Source: a virus. Taken from it: DNA of 64,000 nt. Positions 8,263-18,468 of the stretch are shown here, one piece after another. A program made the position numbers and the translations under genes. Numbering within the stretch: position 1 is the first letter of the stretch; the number at the start of each line of letters is the position of its first letter. The notes under the pieces were generated by a model that saw only the letters and a program-made list of their open reading frames with translations, was not told the origin of the DNA and did no database searches. The stretch covers positions 1 through 64,000 of IMG/VR virus record IMGVR_UViG_3300032323_001070, one strand, 5' to 3'.

Positions 8263-9954
8263 ATGTCCTGGAAGAAATATTTTACACCGGTAAAAATCGA
8301 TAATCAAGGCGGAGGTATGAGTCCAATTTCGGGCAGAGGTCGTCCCGGCCCTGCGCGAGCAAATTATAGTAGTTTCCTACCAGATGTCTATGCAGGTGCT
8401 CCAAATCGTGTTGAGCGTTATATGCAGTATGACACTATGGATATGGACTCCGAAGTTAATGCAGCTTTGGATATCCTTGTAGAATTTTGTACTCAGAAAG
8501 ATAAAGAAAATACCACACCATTCCACGTACAGTTTCGTGGACAACCAACTTCAACTGAAGTAAAGTTAATTAAAGAAAGTCTACAGAAGTGGAGCAAGAT
8601 ACAGCAGTTTGAAACTAGAATTTTCCGTATAGTTCGTAATGCGTTCAAATATGGAGACTGTTTCTTTGTAAGAGATCCGCAGACTAAAAAATGGTTATTT
8701 GTTGACGCTGCTAAAGTTTCAAAAATCATCGTTAATGAATCTGAAGGAAAAATTCCAGAACAATATGTAATCCGTGACATTAACTTTAACTTCAAAGAGA
8801 TGGTAGCGGTTACTCCTCATGGTACAACTAACACAGCACCTAGCGGAACAAGTTCATATACCAGTGGTGGATCGTTTGGACGAGGAATGGTAGGCTCTGC
8901 TGCACAACCTCCAGGCACTAGATTCCATAATCAAACAAACGAAGTTACCATCGATGCTAAAAATGTTATTCACATTTCGATGTCAGAAGGACTAGACAAT
9001 AACTATCCTTTTGGCAACAGTCTATTAGAATCAGTATTCAAAGTCTACAAGCAGAAAGAACTGCTTGAAGATGCTATCATTATCTATCGCATACAACGTG
9101 CTCCAGAACGTAGAATTTTCTATGTTGACGTAGGTAACATGCCGGCACACATGGCTATGAGCTTTGTAGAACGTGTTAAAAACGAAATCCAACAAAGACG
9201 TATTCCTAGCTCAACAGGTGGCGGACAAAGCATGGTTGATGCTAGTTATAATCCGTTAAGCTCATCTGAAGATTACTTCTTCCCGCAGACAGCAGAAGGT
9301 CGTGGAAGTAAAGTTGAAACACTGCCAGGCGGTACTAACCTAGGCGAAATCACAGACCTACGTTATTTTACTAACAAATTATTCCGTGCCCTACGTATTC
9401 CAAGTAGTTACTTGCCTACTGCTATTGACGAGCAGGCAAACAATTTTGCTGACGGTAAAGTAGGTACAGCGTATATCCAAGAATTACGCTTCAATGAATA
9501 CTGCAAACGTCTACAATCTATGATTGTAGAAACATTTGATCAAGAATTTAAACTTTGGCTGTACAGCAACGGTATTAACATTGACAGCAGTATTTTTGAA
9601 CTTAAATTTAATCCACCGCAAAACTTTGCTGCTTACCGTCAATCAGAACTTGACACAGCTAGAGCAGCTACTTTTGCACAGTTACAAGAGATTCCACATC
9701 TCAGCAAGAGATTTGCATTGAAACGTTTCTTAGGATTAACGCAAGAAGAGATCACAGAAAATGAACGTATGTGGAAAGAAGAGAATGGCGGAACACTAAA
9801 ACCTGCCACTGACTCTGGTGCTCAAATGAGATCTGCAGGAATTACTCCTGGAGGCATAGCCGATGATGCTGCTAGCCAAGATGCAGAAGCTCCAATGGAA
9901 GCACCGCCACCTGATGCTGCCGCTGGAGGCGAGCCGGCAGCTCCTGCAGCCTAA
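8263..9954 (+). CDS. gp20: Portal protein (T4 gp20-like)
   Basis: LLEDAIIIYRIQRAPERRIFYVDVGNMP, EDYFFP...GRGSKVETLPGG motifs. Confidence 0.95.
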   Translation: MSWKKYFTPVKIDNQGGGMSPISGRGRPGPARANYSSFLPDVYAGAPNRVERYMQYDTMDMDSEVNAALDILVEFCTQKDKENTTPFHVQFRGQPTSTEVKLIKESLQKWSKIQQFETRIFRIVRNAFKYGDCFFVRDPQTKKWLFVDAAKVSKIIVNESEGKIPEQYVIRDINFNFKEMVAVTPHGTTNTAPSGTSSYTSGGSFGRGMVGSAAQPPGTRFHNQTNEVTIDAKNVIHISMSEGLDNNYPFGNSLLESVFKVYKQKELLEDAIIIYRIQRAPERRIFYVDVGNMPAHMAMSFVERVKNEIQQRRIPSSTGGGQSMVDASYNPLSSSEDYFFPQTAEGRGSKVETLPGGTNLGEITDLRYFTNKLFRALRIPSSYLPTAIDEQANNFADGKVGTAYIQELRFNEYCKRLQSMIVETFDQEFKLWLYSNGINIDSSIFELKFNPPQNFAAYRQSELDTARAATFAQLQEIPHLSKRFALKRFLGLTQEEITENERMWKEENGGTLKPATDSGAQMRSAGITPGGIADDAASQDAEAPMEAPPPDAAAGGEPAAPAA

Positions 9955-9968
9955 ACGCTAAATACACT

Positions 9969-10214
9969 ATGCTTCTAAGAGAATTCATTTATTTTAAAGA
10001 TTCCACTAACGATTTTGCTGTAGATCGAAGATACAGCAACGATCGCGATTCCTCTGTGGTTGAAAAAGACGATACTCGTAAAATTAGATTGACGTTAAAG
10101 CAGATCAATATGCTAAGAACTCAAAGCGAAGCTCACGAGTTTGAAGAAGAATCAGAACTAGAATTCGTAAGACAAATGTATGGTCAACCACCCGCAGAAG
10201 CAGCAGCTGAATAA
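9969..10214 (+). CDS. Small head-module hypothetical protein
   Basis: 81 aa; TAAATA 9959-9964 lies 4 nt before the ATG. Confidence 0.7.
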   Translation: MLLREFIYFKDSTNDFAVDRRYSNDRDSSVVEKDDTRKIRLTLKQINMLRTQSEAHEFEEESELEFVRQMYGQPPAEAAAE

Positions 10215-10833
10215 CGTAGCTTTTGTACTAGGAAACGGAACCAGTAGATTATCAGTAGACGTAAACACACTGATAGAACGAGGTAAAGTTTTCGGTTGTA
10301 ACGCTATCTACAGAGAATTCCAACCCCACTATCTTGTAGCTGTTGACGTAAAAATGGTCAACGAAATCATTGCCAGCGGGTATCATAAGACCAATGAAGT
10401 CTGGACAAATCCTAACAAAGGTATACTTGATAAGGATTATGTTAAATTTTTTAATCCGCATAAAGGCTGGTCTAGTGGCCCTACAGCACTGTGGTTTGCA
10501 GCAAATCAAGGACACAGAAACATTTTTATTCTAGGATTTGATTACCAAGGAACGCAGGGCAGATTTAATAATGTGTATGCAGATACATACAATTATAAAA
10601 AGAGCTCGGATGCTGCTACATTCCACGGAAACTGGTTAAGTCAAACTGATAGAACTATAAGAGAATATAGAAATACTAATTTTTACAGAGTAATTGAACC
10701 CGGATCCTATATACCGGATAAACTAGCACCGCCGCATCATACGAACCTTCGACATATTAATTTCGAAGAATTTGAAAATTTTTTTCCCGGAACTATATAT
10801 TCCGATCAAAATCATCAAAAAAGTACCATTTAA
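10180..10833 (+). CDS. DUF115/Maf-like (sialyltransferase-related fold) putative glycosyltransferase
   Basis: Motifs AFVLGNGTS, GCNAIY, PHYLVAVD, SSGPTA, IFILGFD; start uncertain (overlaps upstream ORF). Confidence 0.6.
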   Translation: MVNHPQKQQLNNVAFVLGNGTSRLSVDVNTLIERGKVFGCNAIYREFQPHYLVAVDVKMVNEIIASGYHKTNEVWTNPNKGILDKDYVKFFNPHKGWSSGPTALWFAANQGHRNIFILGFDYQGTQGRFNNVYADTYNYKKSSDAATFHGNWLSQTDRTIREYRNTNFYRVIEPGSYIPDKLAPPHHTNLRHINFEEFENFFPGTIYSDQNHQKSTI

Positions 10834-10897
10834 CACCCTTTTGTAATCTTAGTGTTAAATAAAACGACAGCCTAACCATCTTGAAGGAGAATTAAAC

Positions 10898-11734
10898 ATG
10901 GCAGATAAAAGTAAATTAGAGCAGATGCTCGAAAGCTTGGTCAATGACGATCAAGCTAAAGCCGAAGAATTATTCCACGAGTATGTTGTAGAAAAATCTC
11001 GTGAAATCTACGAAACACTAATCGAAGCAGAAATCGAAGACGAAGAAGACGAAGAAGAAGTTGAAGAAGCTGCTGACGACGAAGATGCAGAAGAAGATAA
11101 AGTAGATGAAGAATTTGAAGATATCGCCGTTGAAGCAGACGACGAAATGGATATGGGCGGTGACCCAACTGACGATCTAGAAGCAGAACTAGACGCAGAA
11201 CAAGAAGATAACGAAGAAGGTGAAAAGTCTGAAGAAGAACTTTTCCAAGACCTAGACGCTATCGTTGACGAACTACAAGCTAAGTTCGACGAACTAAAAG
11301 GTGGCGACGAAGGCGACATGGACATGGACATGGGCGGTGACGACGAAAAAATGAAAGATGATTTCGATCTAGCAACTGTTCGTGAATATGTAGAAAAAGT
11401 TCCAGCCGGTCACGGTGCTGAAAAGAAAGGCGCTGCTGAAAAAGCTGACAACACCAAGTCAACAATTGACAACATGAAAAATGACATGGGCGGTACAACT
11501 GCTAACATTCTAAGCAGCAAAGAAGATGCAGCTACTCATGCAGGTCAAGGACAGTTAAAAGGTTCAGGTTTATTGAAAGGAACTGCAAAAGAAGACAACG
11601 CTGGTAATATCAACGTTCCAGGCGGCAAAGCCGGCAGCGCATTTAGCACAAAAGAACCAGGTCATGGTGCTGAAAAGAAAGGCGCAGCAGAAAACGCTGA
11701 TAACAAGCAAAGCCTTTTCCGTGGTCGTAGATAA
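10898..11734 (+). CDS. Highly acidic prohead core/scaffold-associated protein
   Basis: Long D/E tracts; SD AAGGAG; TAAATA 10856-10861; lies between portal and protease. Confidence 0.7.
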   Translation: MADKSKLEQMLESLVNDDQAKAEELFHEYVVEKSREIYETLIEAEIEDEEDEEEVEEAADDEDAEEDKVDEEFEDIAVEADDEMDMGGDPTDDLEAELDAEQEDNEEGEKSEEELFQDLDAIVDELQAKFDELKGGDEGDMDMDMGGDDEKMKDDFDLATVREYVEKVPAGHGAEKKGAAEKADNTKSTIDNMKNDMGGTTANILSSKEDAATHAGQGQLKGSGLLKGTAKEDNAGNINVPGGKAGSAFSTKEPGHGAEKKGAAENADNKQSLFRGRR

Positions 11735-11740
11735 TAGGAC

Positions 11741-12379
11741 TTGACAAAGGTGAAAACTACTCTATCAGAACACTTGAGTTTTGACCAGGCTAAGATTGTC
11801 TTGGAGCGAGATGAAGGCAGCGATGGTAAAAAGTCGCTGCATTTAAACGGCATTTGCATTCAAGGAGATATCCGAAATGCAAACCAGCGTGTTTATTCTT
11901 CTCATGAAATTGGCAGGGCTGTCAAGACGCTCAACGAACAGATCTCTGGTGGTTACTCCGTTCTTGGAGAAGTTGATCATCCTCAAGATTTGAAAATCAA
12001 TCTTGATCGTGTTTCACACATGATCACTAAGATGTGGATGGACGGTCCTAACGGCTACGGAAAACTAAAATTACTCCCAACTCCAATGGGTCAATTAATA
12101 CAGACTATGTTGGAGTCAGGAGTCAAACTAGGAGTTTCAAGCAGGGGCAGTGGTGAAGTTGATTCGCAAGGTAATGTCCAAGGTTTTGAAATTATTACAG
12201 TGGACGTTGTAGCACAACCAAGCGCCCCGGGAGCTTATCCTACACCAGTTTATGAACACTTGATGAACAACACAGGTGGATATCAGGCATTTAGAATAGC
12301 ACAAGAAGTCAAAGGCGACACAAAGGCACAAAGATACATAGCAGAGAGTCTAAAGAGAATTATCTCTGGACTCAAATAA
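11741..12379 (+). CDS. gp21: Prohead core protease (T4 gp21-like)
   Basis: NANQRVY, LGEVDHP, GVSSRGSG, DVVAQPSAPGAY motifs; start may be GTG 11750. Confidence 0.92.
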   Translation: MTKVKTTLSEHLSFDQAKIVLERDEGSDGKKSLHLNGICIQGDIRNANQRVYSSHEIGRAVKTLNEQISGGYSVLGEVDHPQDLKINLDRVSHMITKMWMDGPNGYGKLKLLPTPMGQLIQTMLESGVKLGVSSRGSGEVDSQGNVQGFEIITVDVVAQPSAPGAYPTPVYEHLMNNTGGYQAFRIAQEVKGDTKAQRYIAESLKRIISGLK

Positions 12380-12392
12380 TAAGGAGAATCAC

Positions 12393-13487
12393 ATGCTAGA
12401 TTTCGTTAAACAATTGTTTGAAAACAATGTGATTTCCGAGGACATCAAATCGGAGATTGAAGCTGCCTGGCAAGGCCAGATTCAAGAAAACCGTGATCAA
12501 GTTACTGCACAATTGCGTGAAGAATTCGCACAAAAGTACGAACATGATAAATCCGCAATGGTAGAAGCTGTTGAATCCATGCTAGCTGATCGCTTACAAG
12601 CAGAGCTAGGTGAATTTGCAGAAGACCGCCAAGGACTAATCGAAGCTCGTGCAAAATATGCCAAGAAAATGAAAGATGATTCCAAAGCAATGGAATCATT
12701 TGTTCTTAATAACCTTAAGAAAGAACTTTCTGAACTACACGAAGATCGCAAACAAGTTGCAGCTAATGTTGCAAAATTAGAATCTTTCATCGTGGACGCA
12801 CTAGCGAAAGAAATCGCAGAATTCCACACAGATAAGAAAGACCTAGCCGAAACTAAAGTTAAATTAGTTCGCGAAAGCAAGGCTAAGTTTGAAGCTATCA
12901 AGAAAGAATTCATTTCCCGTTCAGCTAAGATCATCGAAGAAACTGTGTCGAAAGGCCTGCGTTCTGAGATTACTCAGCTCAAGGAAGATATTGAAGCAGC
13001 ACGTAGAAACGACTTTGGTCGCAGAATTTTTGAATCATTCGCTAGCGAATATTCAGCAAGCTATCTAAATGAGAAGAGTGAAACATCTAAGCTCATGCAG
13101 ACAGTTGCACAAAAAGAAGCAGAGCTAGCAGAAGCAGCAAAAATTGTTGCAGACGCACAAAAATTAGCAGAAAGCCGTGAAACTGAAATTAGAATTATCA
13201 AAGAATCGGCACAACGCAAAGATATCATGAACGAATTACTTGGACCATTAACTGGTGACAAGAAAGAAGTTATGAAGGAACTGCTTGAATCTGTTCAGAC
13301 ACAAAAACTACACAGTGCATTTGACAAGTACTTGCCGGCCGTTATGGAAGGTCAAGCACCAGCGAGAAAAGCACTCACAGAGGCTAAAGCAATTACAGGC
13401 AATAAAGAACAGGCACCTACTTTCGGCGGCGAGGAAAAGACCGCTGAAATATTTGACATCCGCAGGCTTGCGGGACTAAAAGTTTAA
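12393..13487 (+). CDS. gp22: Prohead core scaffolding protein (T4 gp22-like)
   Basis: Coiled-coil E/K/A-rich, between protease and capsid; SD AAGGAG. Confidence 0.8.
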   Translation: MLDFVKQLFENNVISEDIKSEIEAAWQGQIQENRDQVTAQLREEFAQKYEHDKSAMVEAVESMLADRLQAELGEFAEDRQGLIEARAKYAKKMKDDSKAMESFVLNNLKKELSELHEDRKQVAANVAKLESFIVDALAKEIAEFHTDKKDLAETKVKLVRESKAKFEAIKKEFISRSAKIIEETVSKGLRSEITQLKEDIEAARRNDFGRRIFESFASEYSASYLNEKSETSKLMQTVAQKEAELAEAAKIVADAQKLAESRETEIRIIKESAQRKDIMNELLGPLTGDKKEVMKELLESVQTQKLHSAFDKYLPAVMEGQAPARKALTEAKAITGNKEQAPTFGGEEKTAEIFDIRRLAGLKV

Positions 13488-13498
13488 GGAGAACTATA

Positions 13499-14659
13499 AT
13501 GTCACAACTACTCGAGTCACGCTGGTCGGAAACCAAGGACGCTCTATTAGAGGGTCTTCAAGGTAACAAGCGTTCAGTTATGGCAACTACTCTAGAAAAT
13601 ACTCGCAAGTATCTGTCTGAGAGTGCCACTGCTGGTGCTACATCCGCTGGCAACGTTGCAACCCTAAATCGTGTGATCCTACCAGTGATCAGACGTGTTA
13701 TGCCAACCGTTATCGCTAACGAGTTGGTAGGCGTACAGCCTATGACTGGCCCAGTTGGTCAGATCCACACACTAAGAGTTCGTTACTCTGAAGCTGGTGA
13801 ATTTGATGCTGGTACAGAAGCATTGAGCCCATTCCAAATTGCTCAAGGTTATTCTGCTTTCAGTAACTCCAGCACAGCTAAAGCTGCTTCTACAGCAACT
13901 TTAGAAGGCGTAGCCGGTAAGAAACTAAGCATTCAAATCTTGAAGCAAACAGTTGAAGCTAAGACACGTAAATTGTCTGCTCGCTGGACATTTGAAGCTG
14001 CACAAGATGCACAAGCCCAACAAGGTATTGACATCGAAGCAGAAATCATGGCTGCTCTTGCACAAGAAATTACAGCTGAAATCGACCAAGAAGTTATTGG
14101 TAGCTTAAATGCATTAGCTGGTACAGTATTAACATACGACCAAGCTGCCGTATCTGGTACAGCTACATTCGTTGGTGACGAGCATGCCGCATTGGCAGTT
14201 CAAATCAACCGTGTTGCTAACTTGATCGCTCAGCGTACACGTCGTGGTGCTGGTAACTGGGCAGTTGTATCCCCAACTACCTTGACACTACTACAAAGCG
14301 CGACAACTTCTGCATTCGCAAGAACAACAGAAGGCACATTCGAAGCTCCAACAAACACCAAGTTCGTTGGTACATTGAACAGCGCAATGAAAGTGTACGT
14401 AAACGGCTATGCATCATCTGATGATGTTCTAGTTGGTTACAAAGGTTCTAGCGAAAGCGATGCAGCAGCATTCTATTGCCCATACATTCCATTGATGAGC
14501 AGTGGTGTTGTTCTAGATCCAGCAACTTTCGAACCAGTCGTATCATTCATGACACGTTATGGTTATGTTGAGTTGACAAACACAGCGTCATCTTTAGGTA
14601 ACGCTGCTGACTATCTAGGCAAAGTTGCTGTTACAACAGCTAACTTGAAGTTTGCTTAA
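13499..14659 (+). CDS. gp23: Major capsid protein (T4 gp23-like)
   Basis: GVQPMTGPVGQI, EAKTRKLSARWTFEAAQD, AAFYCPYIPL, FMTRYG motifs. Confidence 0.97.
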   Translation: MSQLLESRWSETKDALLEGLQGNKRSVMATTLENTRKYLSESATAGATSAGNVATLNRVILPVIRRVMPTVIANELVGVQPMTGPVGQIHTLRVRYSEAGEFDAGTEALSPFQIAQGYSAFSNSSTAKAASTATLEGVAGKKLSIQILKQTVEAKTRKLSARWTFEAAQDAQAQQGIDIEAEIMAALAQEITAEIDQEVIGSLNALAGTVLTYDQAAVSGTATFVGDEHAALAVQINRVANLIAQRTRRGAGNWAVVSPTTLTLLQSATTSAFARTTEGTFEAPTNTKFVGTLNSAMKVYVNGYASSDDVLVGYKGSSESDAAAFYCPYIPLMSSGVVLDPATFEPVVSFMTRYGYVELTNTASSLGNAADYLGKVAVTTANLKFA

Positions 14660-14686
14660 TTAGTAACTTTCATTTTAATGAAATTC

Positions 14687-14710
14687 AAAAAGGCTCTTCG
14701 GAGCCTTTTT
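14687..14710 (+). terminator. Rho-independent terminator after the major capsid gene
   Basis: aaaaaggctc-ttcg-gagccttttt. Confidence 0.9.
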
Positions 14711-14728
14711 GTTTGACTTAAATATCAG

Positions 14729-14998
14729 GTGCAGATAGAATCAGATAAAGAATTTCCAGAATTACGAAAACGCATCGATGTATGGCGTAAACAATTTCCC
14801 ATGTTCAAACATGATGTACATCAAATAGAACATATCATAGAAAAACACATTCAAAATCACAGCATTATAATGGTGCAGTTTAGACAGACTAAGAGCAAAT
14901 ATCTGTTGGAAAAAGCTCAAAAAGAAATTGACGAAATTAACAGAGTTCTTTCAACTGTAGAAAAAATTCAGTTAATGTCGATACTATCACAAGACTAA
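14729..14998 (+). CDS. Hypothetical protein
   Basis: 89 aa; GTG start 4 nt after TAAATA 14719-14724. Confidence 0.65.
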   Translation: MQIESDKEFPELRKRIDVWRKQFPMFKHDVHQIEHIIEKHIQNHSIIMVQFRQTKSKYLLEKAQKEIDEINRVLSTVEKIQLMSILSQD

Positions 14999-15086
14999 AT
15001 ACTATGTCTATCATTGGGCCGCAACTTTGCGGACTTATGCTGTAACCCGCAGCGTAGACCTAAAACGTCAACATAAGGAGAAACAA
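14996..15086 (+). promoter_or_regulatory. Late promoter and structured 5' leader
   Basis: TAAATA 14996-15001; hairpins ccgca/tgcgg and tatgctg/cagcgta; SD AAGGAG before ATG 15087. Confidence 0.55.
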
Positions 15087-15551
15087 ATGGGACGTCCATT
15101 ATATAAAGATGTAAACGGTGACGTTGTCATCGGCACAGGCGCAGGCGCCACAACAGGTATTAGAGTAGATTTCCATGACGGAACTACATTAAGAACTGAC
15201 GGTATCATTATCAAGCAGCGTGGAGCGAAAACATTCGTAGTAGCTAGAGTAGGCACACCTGCTACTAGATTTGTTTGCAGATTGGTTGACACAACACCAA
15301 ATGCAGCTGGCGAGATGAGAATGGTTGGCTATCCAGGCGGCAACGGTAATGTAGAAGTACCAATCTCAAAAATCACTCGTAGAGTTGCTACAGGATTTCC
15401 AACAGTTCCAGTGATCAATTCCGAAGGACTATGGGACGGCGAAGATTCAGATGCTGCTACTAACCACAATCAAAAAAGATATACTTGGTTTATACAGAAC
15501 GACTCATCTGCCGATGTATTAGTCTTAACAGAAATCACAGCACAGCTATAA
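15087..15551 (+). CDS. Putative virion structural (decoration) protein
   Basis: Start reassigned to ATG 15087 (MGRPL) from the SD; first gene of the structural cluster. Confidence 0.65.
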   Translation: MGRPLYKDVNGDVVIGTGAGATTGIRVDFHDGTTLRTDGIIIKQRGAKTFVVARVGTPATRFVCRLVDTTPNAAGEMRMVGYPGGNGNVEVPISKITRRVATGFPTVPVINSEGLWDGEDSDAATNHNQKRYTWFIQNDSSADVLVLTEITAQL

Positions 15552-15564
15552 TTTAGGATAATAA

Positions 15565-16515
15565 ATGGGACACGTAGTTAAAACTAACGGCGACTATTCG
15601 ATTAAAACCGGAGAAGGCGCCACTATTGTTTTAGATACCGGACAAGGTGTCGGTACAACTAGAGTTACTGGAAATTTAGTTGTCGATGGCGACACTGTAA
15701 CCGTATCTGCAGAAAACTTAAATGTCCAAGATAATATTATCATAGTAAACTATGGTGAAACTGGTGCTGGCGTTACTTTACAATATTCTGGTTTAGAAGT
15801 TGATAGAGGAACGCTGGCCCGCTCTGCTTTTGTTTTCAATGAAGCAGACGATACATGGAACATTGCTATTGTAGGTGGTCCAACCTCTTATAGTTTTACT
15901 AACAGTAATTTAAGAGTAAGAACTATCTTAACTAACTCCGATACTGACAACGGAGATCTTACTTTAATCGGCACAGGAACAGGTGTTGTAAAAGTAACAG
16001 GAACATCAAATTACGAAAATCAAGTCACAGATGACGACGATATTCCAAATAAAAAATATGTAGACGATGCGATTCTTTTTAATCCATCGAGATCTATTAA
16101 CCAATTAGATACATCGGTGTTTATTGCGGACGCTGATCAACCTGGAACCACAACATGGATCGGAGCGACTCCTTTTGAAAGTGAAGTTGCAGTGATAGTT
16201 GATGGAATTCCAAATTCATTCTTCTACCCTAACAGGGCAAAGATTCAAGACCTTGAAATACAACGCAGCGAAATTAGCAACGTTGATACTAACTCAAATT
16301 TATTTTTGAGAACAAACGGTACTGGTAAAGTTCAAACAAATTATGCTATGCAGTTTGATCGAATCGCAGTAACACCGGCAGTTGTATCAAATTCTTCGTT
16401 GATATATGCAACCACTCCAGGTCCAGGAACCACAGGTTTAAAATTTATTAATTCATCTTACAACGATGAAATAGTTAGCAAGAACAGAGCATTATTATTC
16501 AGTATGTTATTTTAA
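15565..16515 (+). CDS. Putative virion structural/fibre protein
   Basis: 316 aa, beta-rich T/G/N composition. Confidence 0.65.
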   Translation: MGHVVKTNGDYSIKTGEGATIVLDTGQGVGTTRVTGNLVVDGDTVTVSAENLNVQDNIIIVNYGETGAGVTLQYSGLEVDRGTLARSAFVFNEADDTWNIAIVGGPTSYSFTNSNLRVRTILTNSDTDNGDLTLIGTGTGVVKVTGTSNYENQVTDDDDIPNKKYVDDAILFNPSRSINQLDTSVFIADADQPGTTTWIGATPFESEVAVIVDGIPNSFFYPNRAKIQDLEIQRSEISNVDTNSNLFLRTNGTGKVQTNYAMQFDRIAVTPAVVSNSSLIYATTPGPGTTGLKFINSSYNDEIVSKNRALLFSMLF

Positions 16516-16524
16516 GGATTCAAT

Positions 16525-16866
16525 ATGGCGATTAACAGCACACAATTAACAACAAACGGTGACTCAGCGGTTTATACTAGTTCTGGTACGAATGCTATCG
16601 TTACTCTAATAATTTGTAACACTGGAAATCCGGATCCTGCAGGTGTAGACGAAACGATTAATTCTTGTACTATAACTATCAATTTTGTAAGATTAGGTGA
16701 TGTTTCAAATGTAACTAACACTGTGGTAAAAAATCTAATAGTTCCAGCAGGAGAAACTATATTTTTCTCAGATGAAAAAGTCGTATTAGACAACGGCGAT
16801 CAGGTTCGTGCCACTGCCAGTGTGGCTAACCTATTAAGCATAACTGTGAGTACCTTACCAGTATGA
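16525..16866 (+). CDS. Small beta-sandwich virion protein (paralog-like to 19650..19979)
   Basis: 113 aa; shares the CN ... (L/I)P ... EK(V/L)(V/I)L ... S pattern with 19650..19979. Confidence 0.6.
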   Translation: MAINSTQLTTNGDSAVYTSSGTNAIVTLIICNTGNPDPAGVDETINSCTITINFVRLGDVSNVTNTVVKNLIVPAGETIFFSDEKVVLDNGDQVRATASVANLLSITVSTLPV

Positions 16867-17366
16867 GATATCTTAAAAATAAAACTCTATCTAAGTATAG
16901 TGCTAGTGACGATTCTCTATTCGTTAATCAATATGGTAGAGCGGTAATGGATCTCACAGGCGGTCTTAGAATACCAAAAGGTACTACAGCCCAACGTCCC
17001 TTGCTCACAGGTGTAGATATGTCAGGTGGTGCCAACGGAATGATACGTTACAACACTACAACTAATTCTATAGAAGCATACGTAGCAGGAGTATGGGAAA
17101 TTGTTAGAGCTCCGGGAGCTACAGCTATCACAAAACAAACACTAGGCCCTGGCAACGATTTACAAACCACATTTGGTCCGTTGGTACAAGAACCAAGTTC
17201 AGAAAATAACATAATAGTTTTAGTTGAAAACGTTATGCAGATATCTGATACCAACTATAATTTGGCCTACAACTATCTAGGTGTACAAGGTGACACACGC
17301 ATAGTGTTTACCAGTCCTGTACCAACAGACAAGTATATCACAATATTTTACGGATATTCTAACTAA
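16863..17366 (+). CDS. Putative virion structural protein
   Basis: 167 aa; IPKGTTAQRP...GMIRYNTT...EAY...W motif typical of phage fibre proteins. Confidence 0.65.
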   Translation: MRYLKNKTLSKYSASDDSLFVNQYGRAVMDLTGGLRIPKGTTAQRPLLTGVDMSGGANGMIRYNTTTNSIEAYVAGVWEIVRAPGATAITKQTLGPGNDLQTTFGPLVQEPSSENNIIVLVENVMQISDTNYNLAYNYLGVQGDTRIVFTSPVPTDKYITIFYGYSN

Positions 17367-17368
17367 TC

Positions 17369-18454
17369 ATGTCACAACTGGGGCGAATTTCAGGACCGTT
17401 ACTACTCAACAATCTGTTGAGAGATGGTACCGATTTATCTTTTAGAAATTTAGCGGTCAGCCCTGACTTACTTAAATTAAAAGTCAACAACAACAGAGTT
17501 GGTATTAATACTGACAATCCGTCATTCGATCTTGATGTAGTCGGAACCACAAACCTCAGCGCAGATCTGACGGCTACTGGAACTACAGCTAGATTTGAAA
17601 ATATTATTTTTAACTCTAACGGTAGCGTTACAACAGTAACAGGACCTATTATCATCAACCCTGCTGGTGGTGCAAATTCCTACATGGAATATCGTGGAAA
17701 GTCTAGAAGTGCGCAATTGGAATTTTTTGATAACAGAATTTCAAACACTATTTTAAATCAAAATATCGAAGTACGTCCTAGCGGCACAGGCGACCTCGAA
17801 GTATATGCAAACACAAATGTCTATGGAAATTTAAACACCAGTGTTGACATTAGACTAGACGGAAATGTTAGAATTGACGGATCAGCGATTGTTATTGGTA
17901 ATAATCCCTTAGACACTGTCGCATTTGTTCCTGATTTTACGCAAGACATCAATCCCGGAGTAACCGGAACTTATAAACTAGGTGATACTGGGCTACGTTG
18001 GAAAGAAACTCACATCAACACAGCCAGCGGTTTTGTTAATACCAGCACAACTACCGCTATTATCAGTGAACAGCTAAGAGCTACATCAAACATTATTTCT
18101 ACAGATCAGTCAAACGATAACATCGTTCTAGCGGCAGATTCTGGAAATGTTACTATTGAAAGTTTTACGTTCAACGGCAACAGCATTTCTGCTCCTTTAA
18201 ATACCATTTTAAACTTCACAGGCACTGGAAGAGGATATGTAAGATTTGAAGGTACGAACGGATTTAGAGTTCCCTACGGTACCAGAGATCAACGTACTCC
18301 TTACGAAGCTGGAGCTACCCGTTGGAATTCTGACGATGATTGGTTAGAGTGTTTTGACGGCACAGTTTGGCAAGTGTCCACAGGTGGCGGTAAAACTATT
18401 TCTGTAGCGGAAATGGAAGAGACTGTTAACATATTCAACCTCATCCTGGCATAA
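17369..18454 (+). CDS. Putative tail fibre/virion structural protein (paralog A)
   Basis: GRISGPLL N-terminus, RVGINT..P..LDVVGT, C-terminal VP.GT..QR..RWN. Confidence 0.7.
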   Translation: MSQLGRISGPLLLNNLLRDGTDLSFRNLAVSPDLLKLKVNNNRVGINTDNPSFDLDVVGTTNLSADLTATGTTARFENIIFNSNGSVTTVTGPIIINPAGGANSYMEYRGKSRSAQLEFFDNRISNTILNQNIEVRPSGTGDLEVYANTNVYGNLNTSVDIRLDGNVRIDGSAIVIGNNPLDTVAFVPDFTQDINPGVTGTYKLGDTGLRWKETHINTASGFVNTSTTTAIISEQLRATSNIISTDQSNDNIVLAADSGNVTIESFTFNGNSISAPLNTILNFTGTGRGYVRFEGTNGFRVPYGTRDQRTPYEAGATRWNSDDDWLECFDGTVWQVSTGGGKTISVAEMEETVNIFNLILA

Positions 18455-18468
18455 AATCCAAAAAAAGA

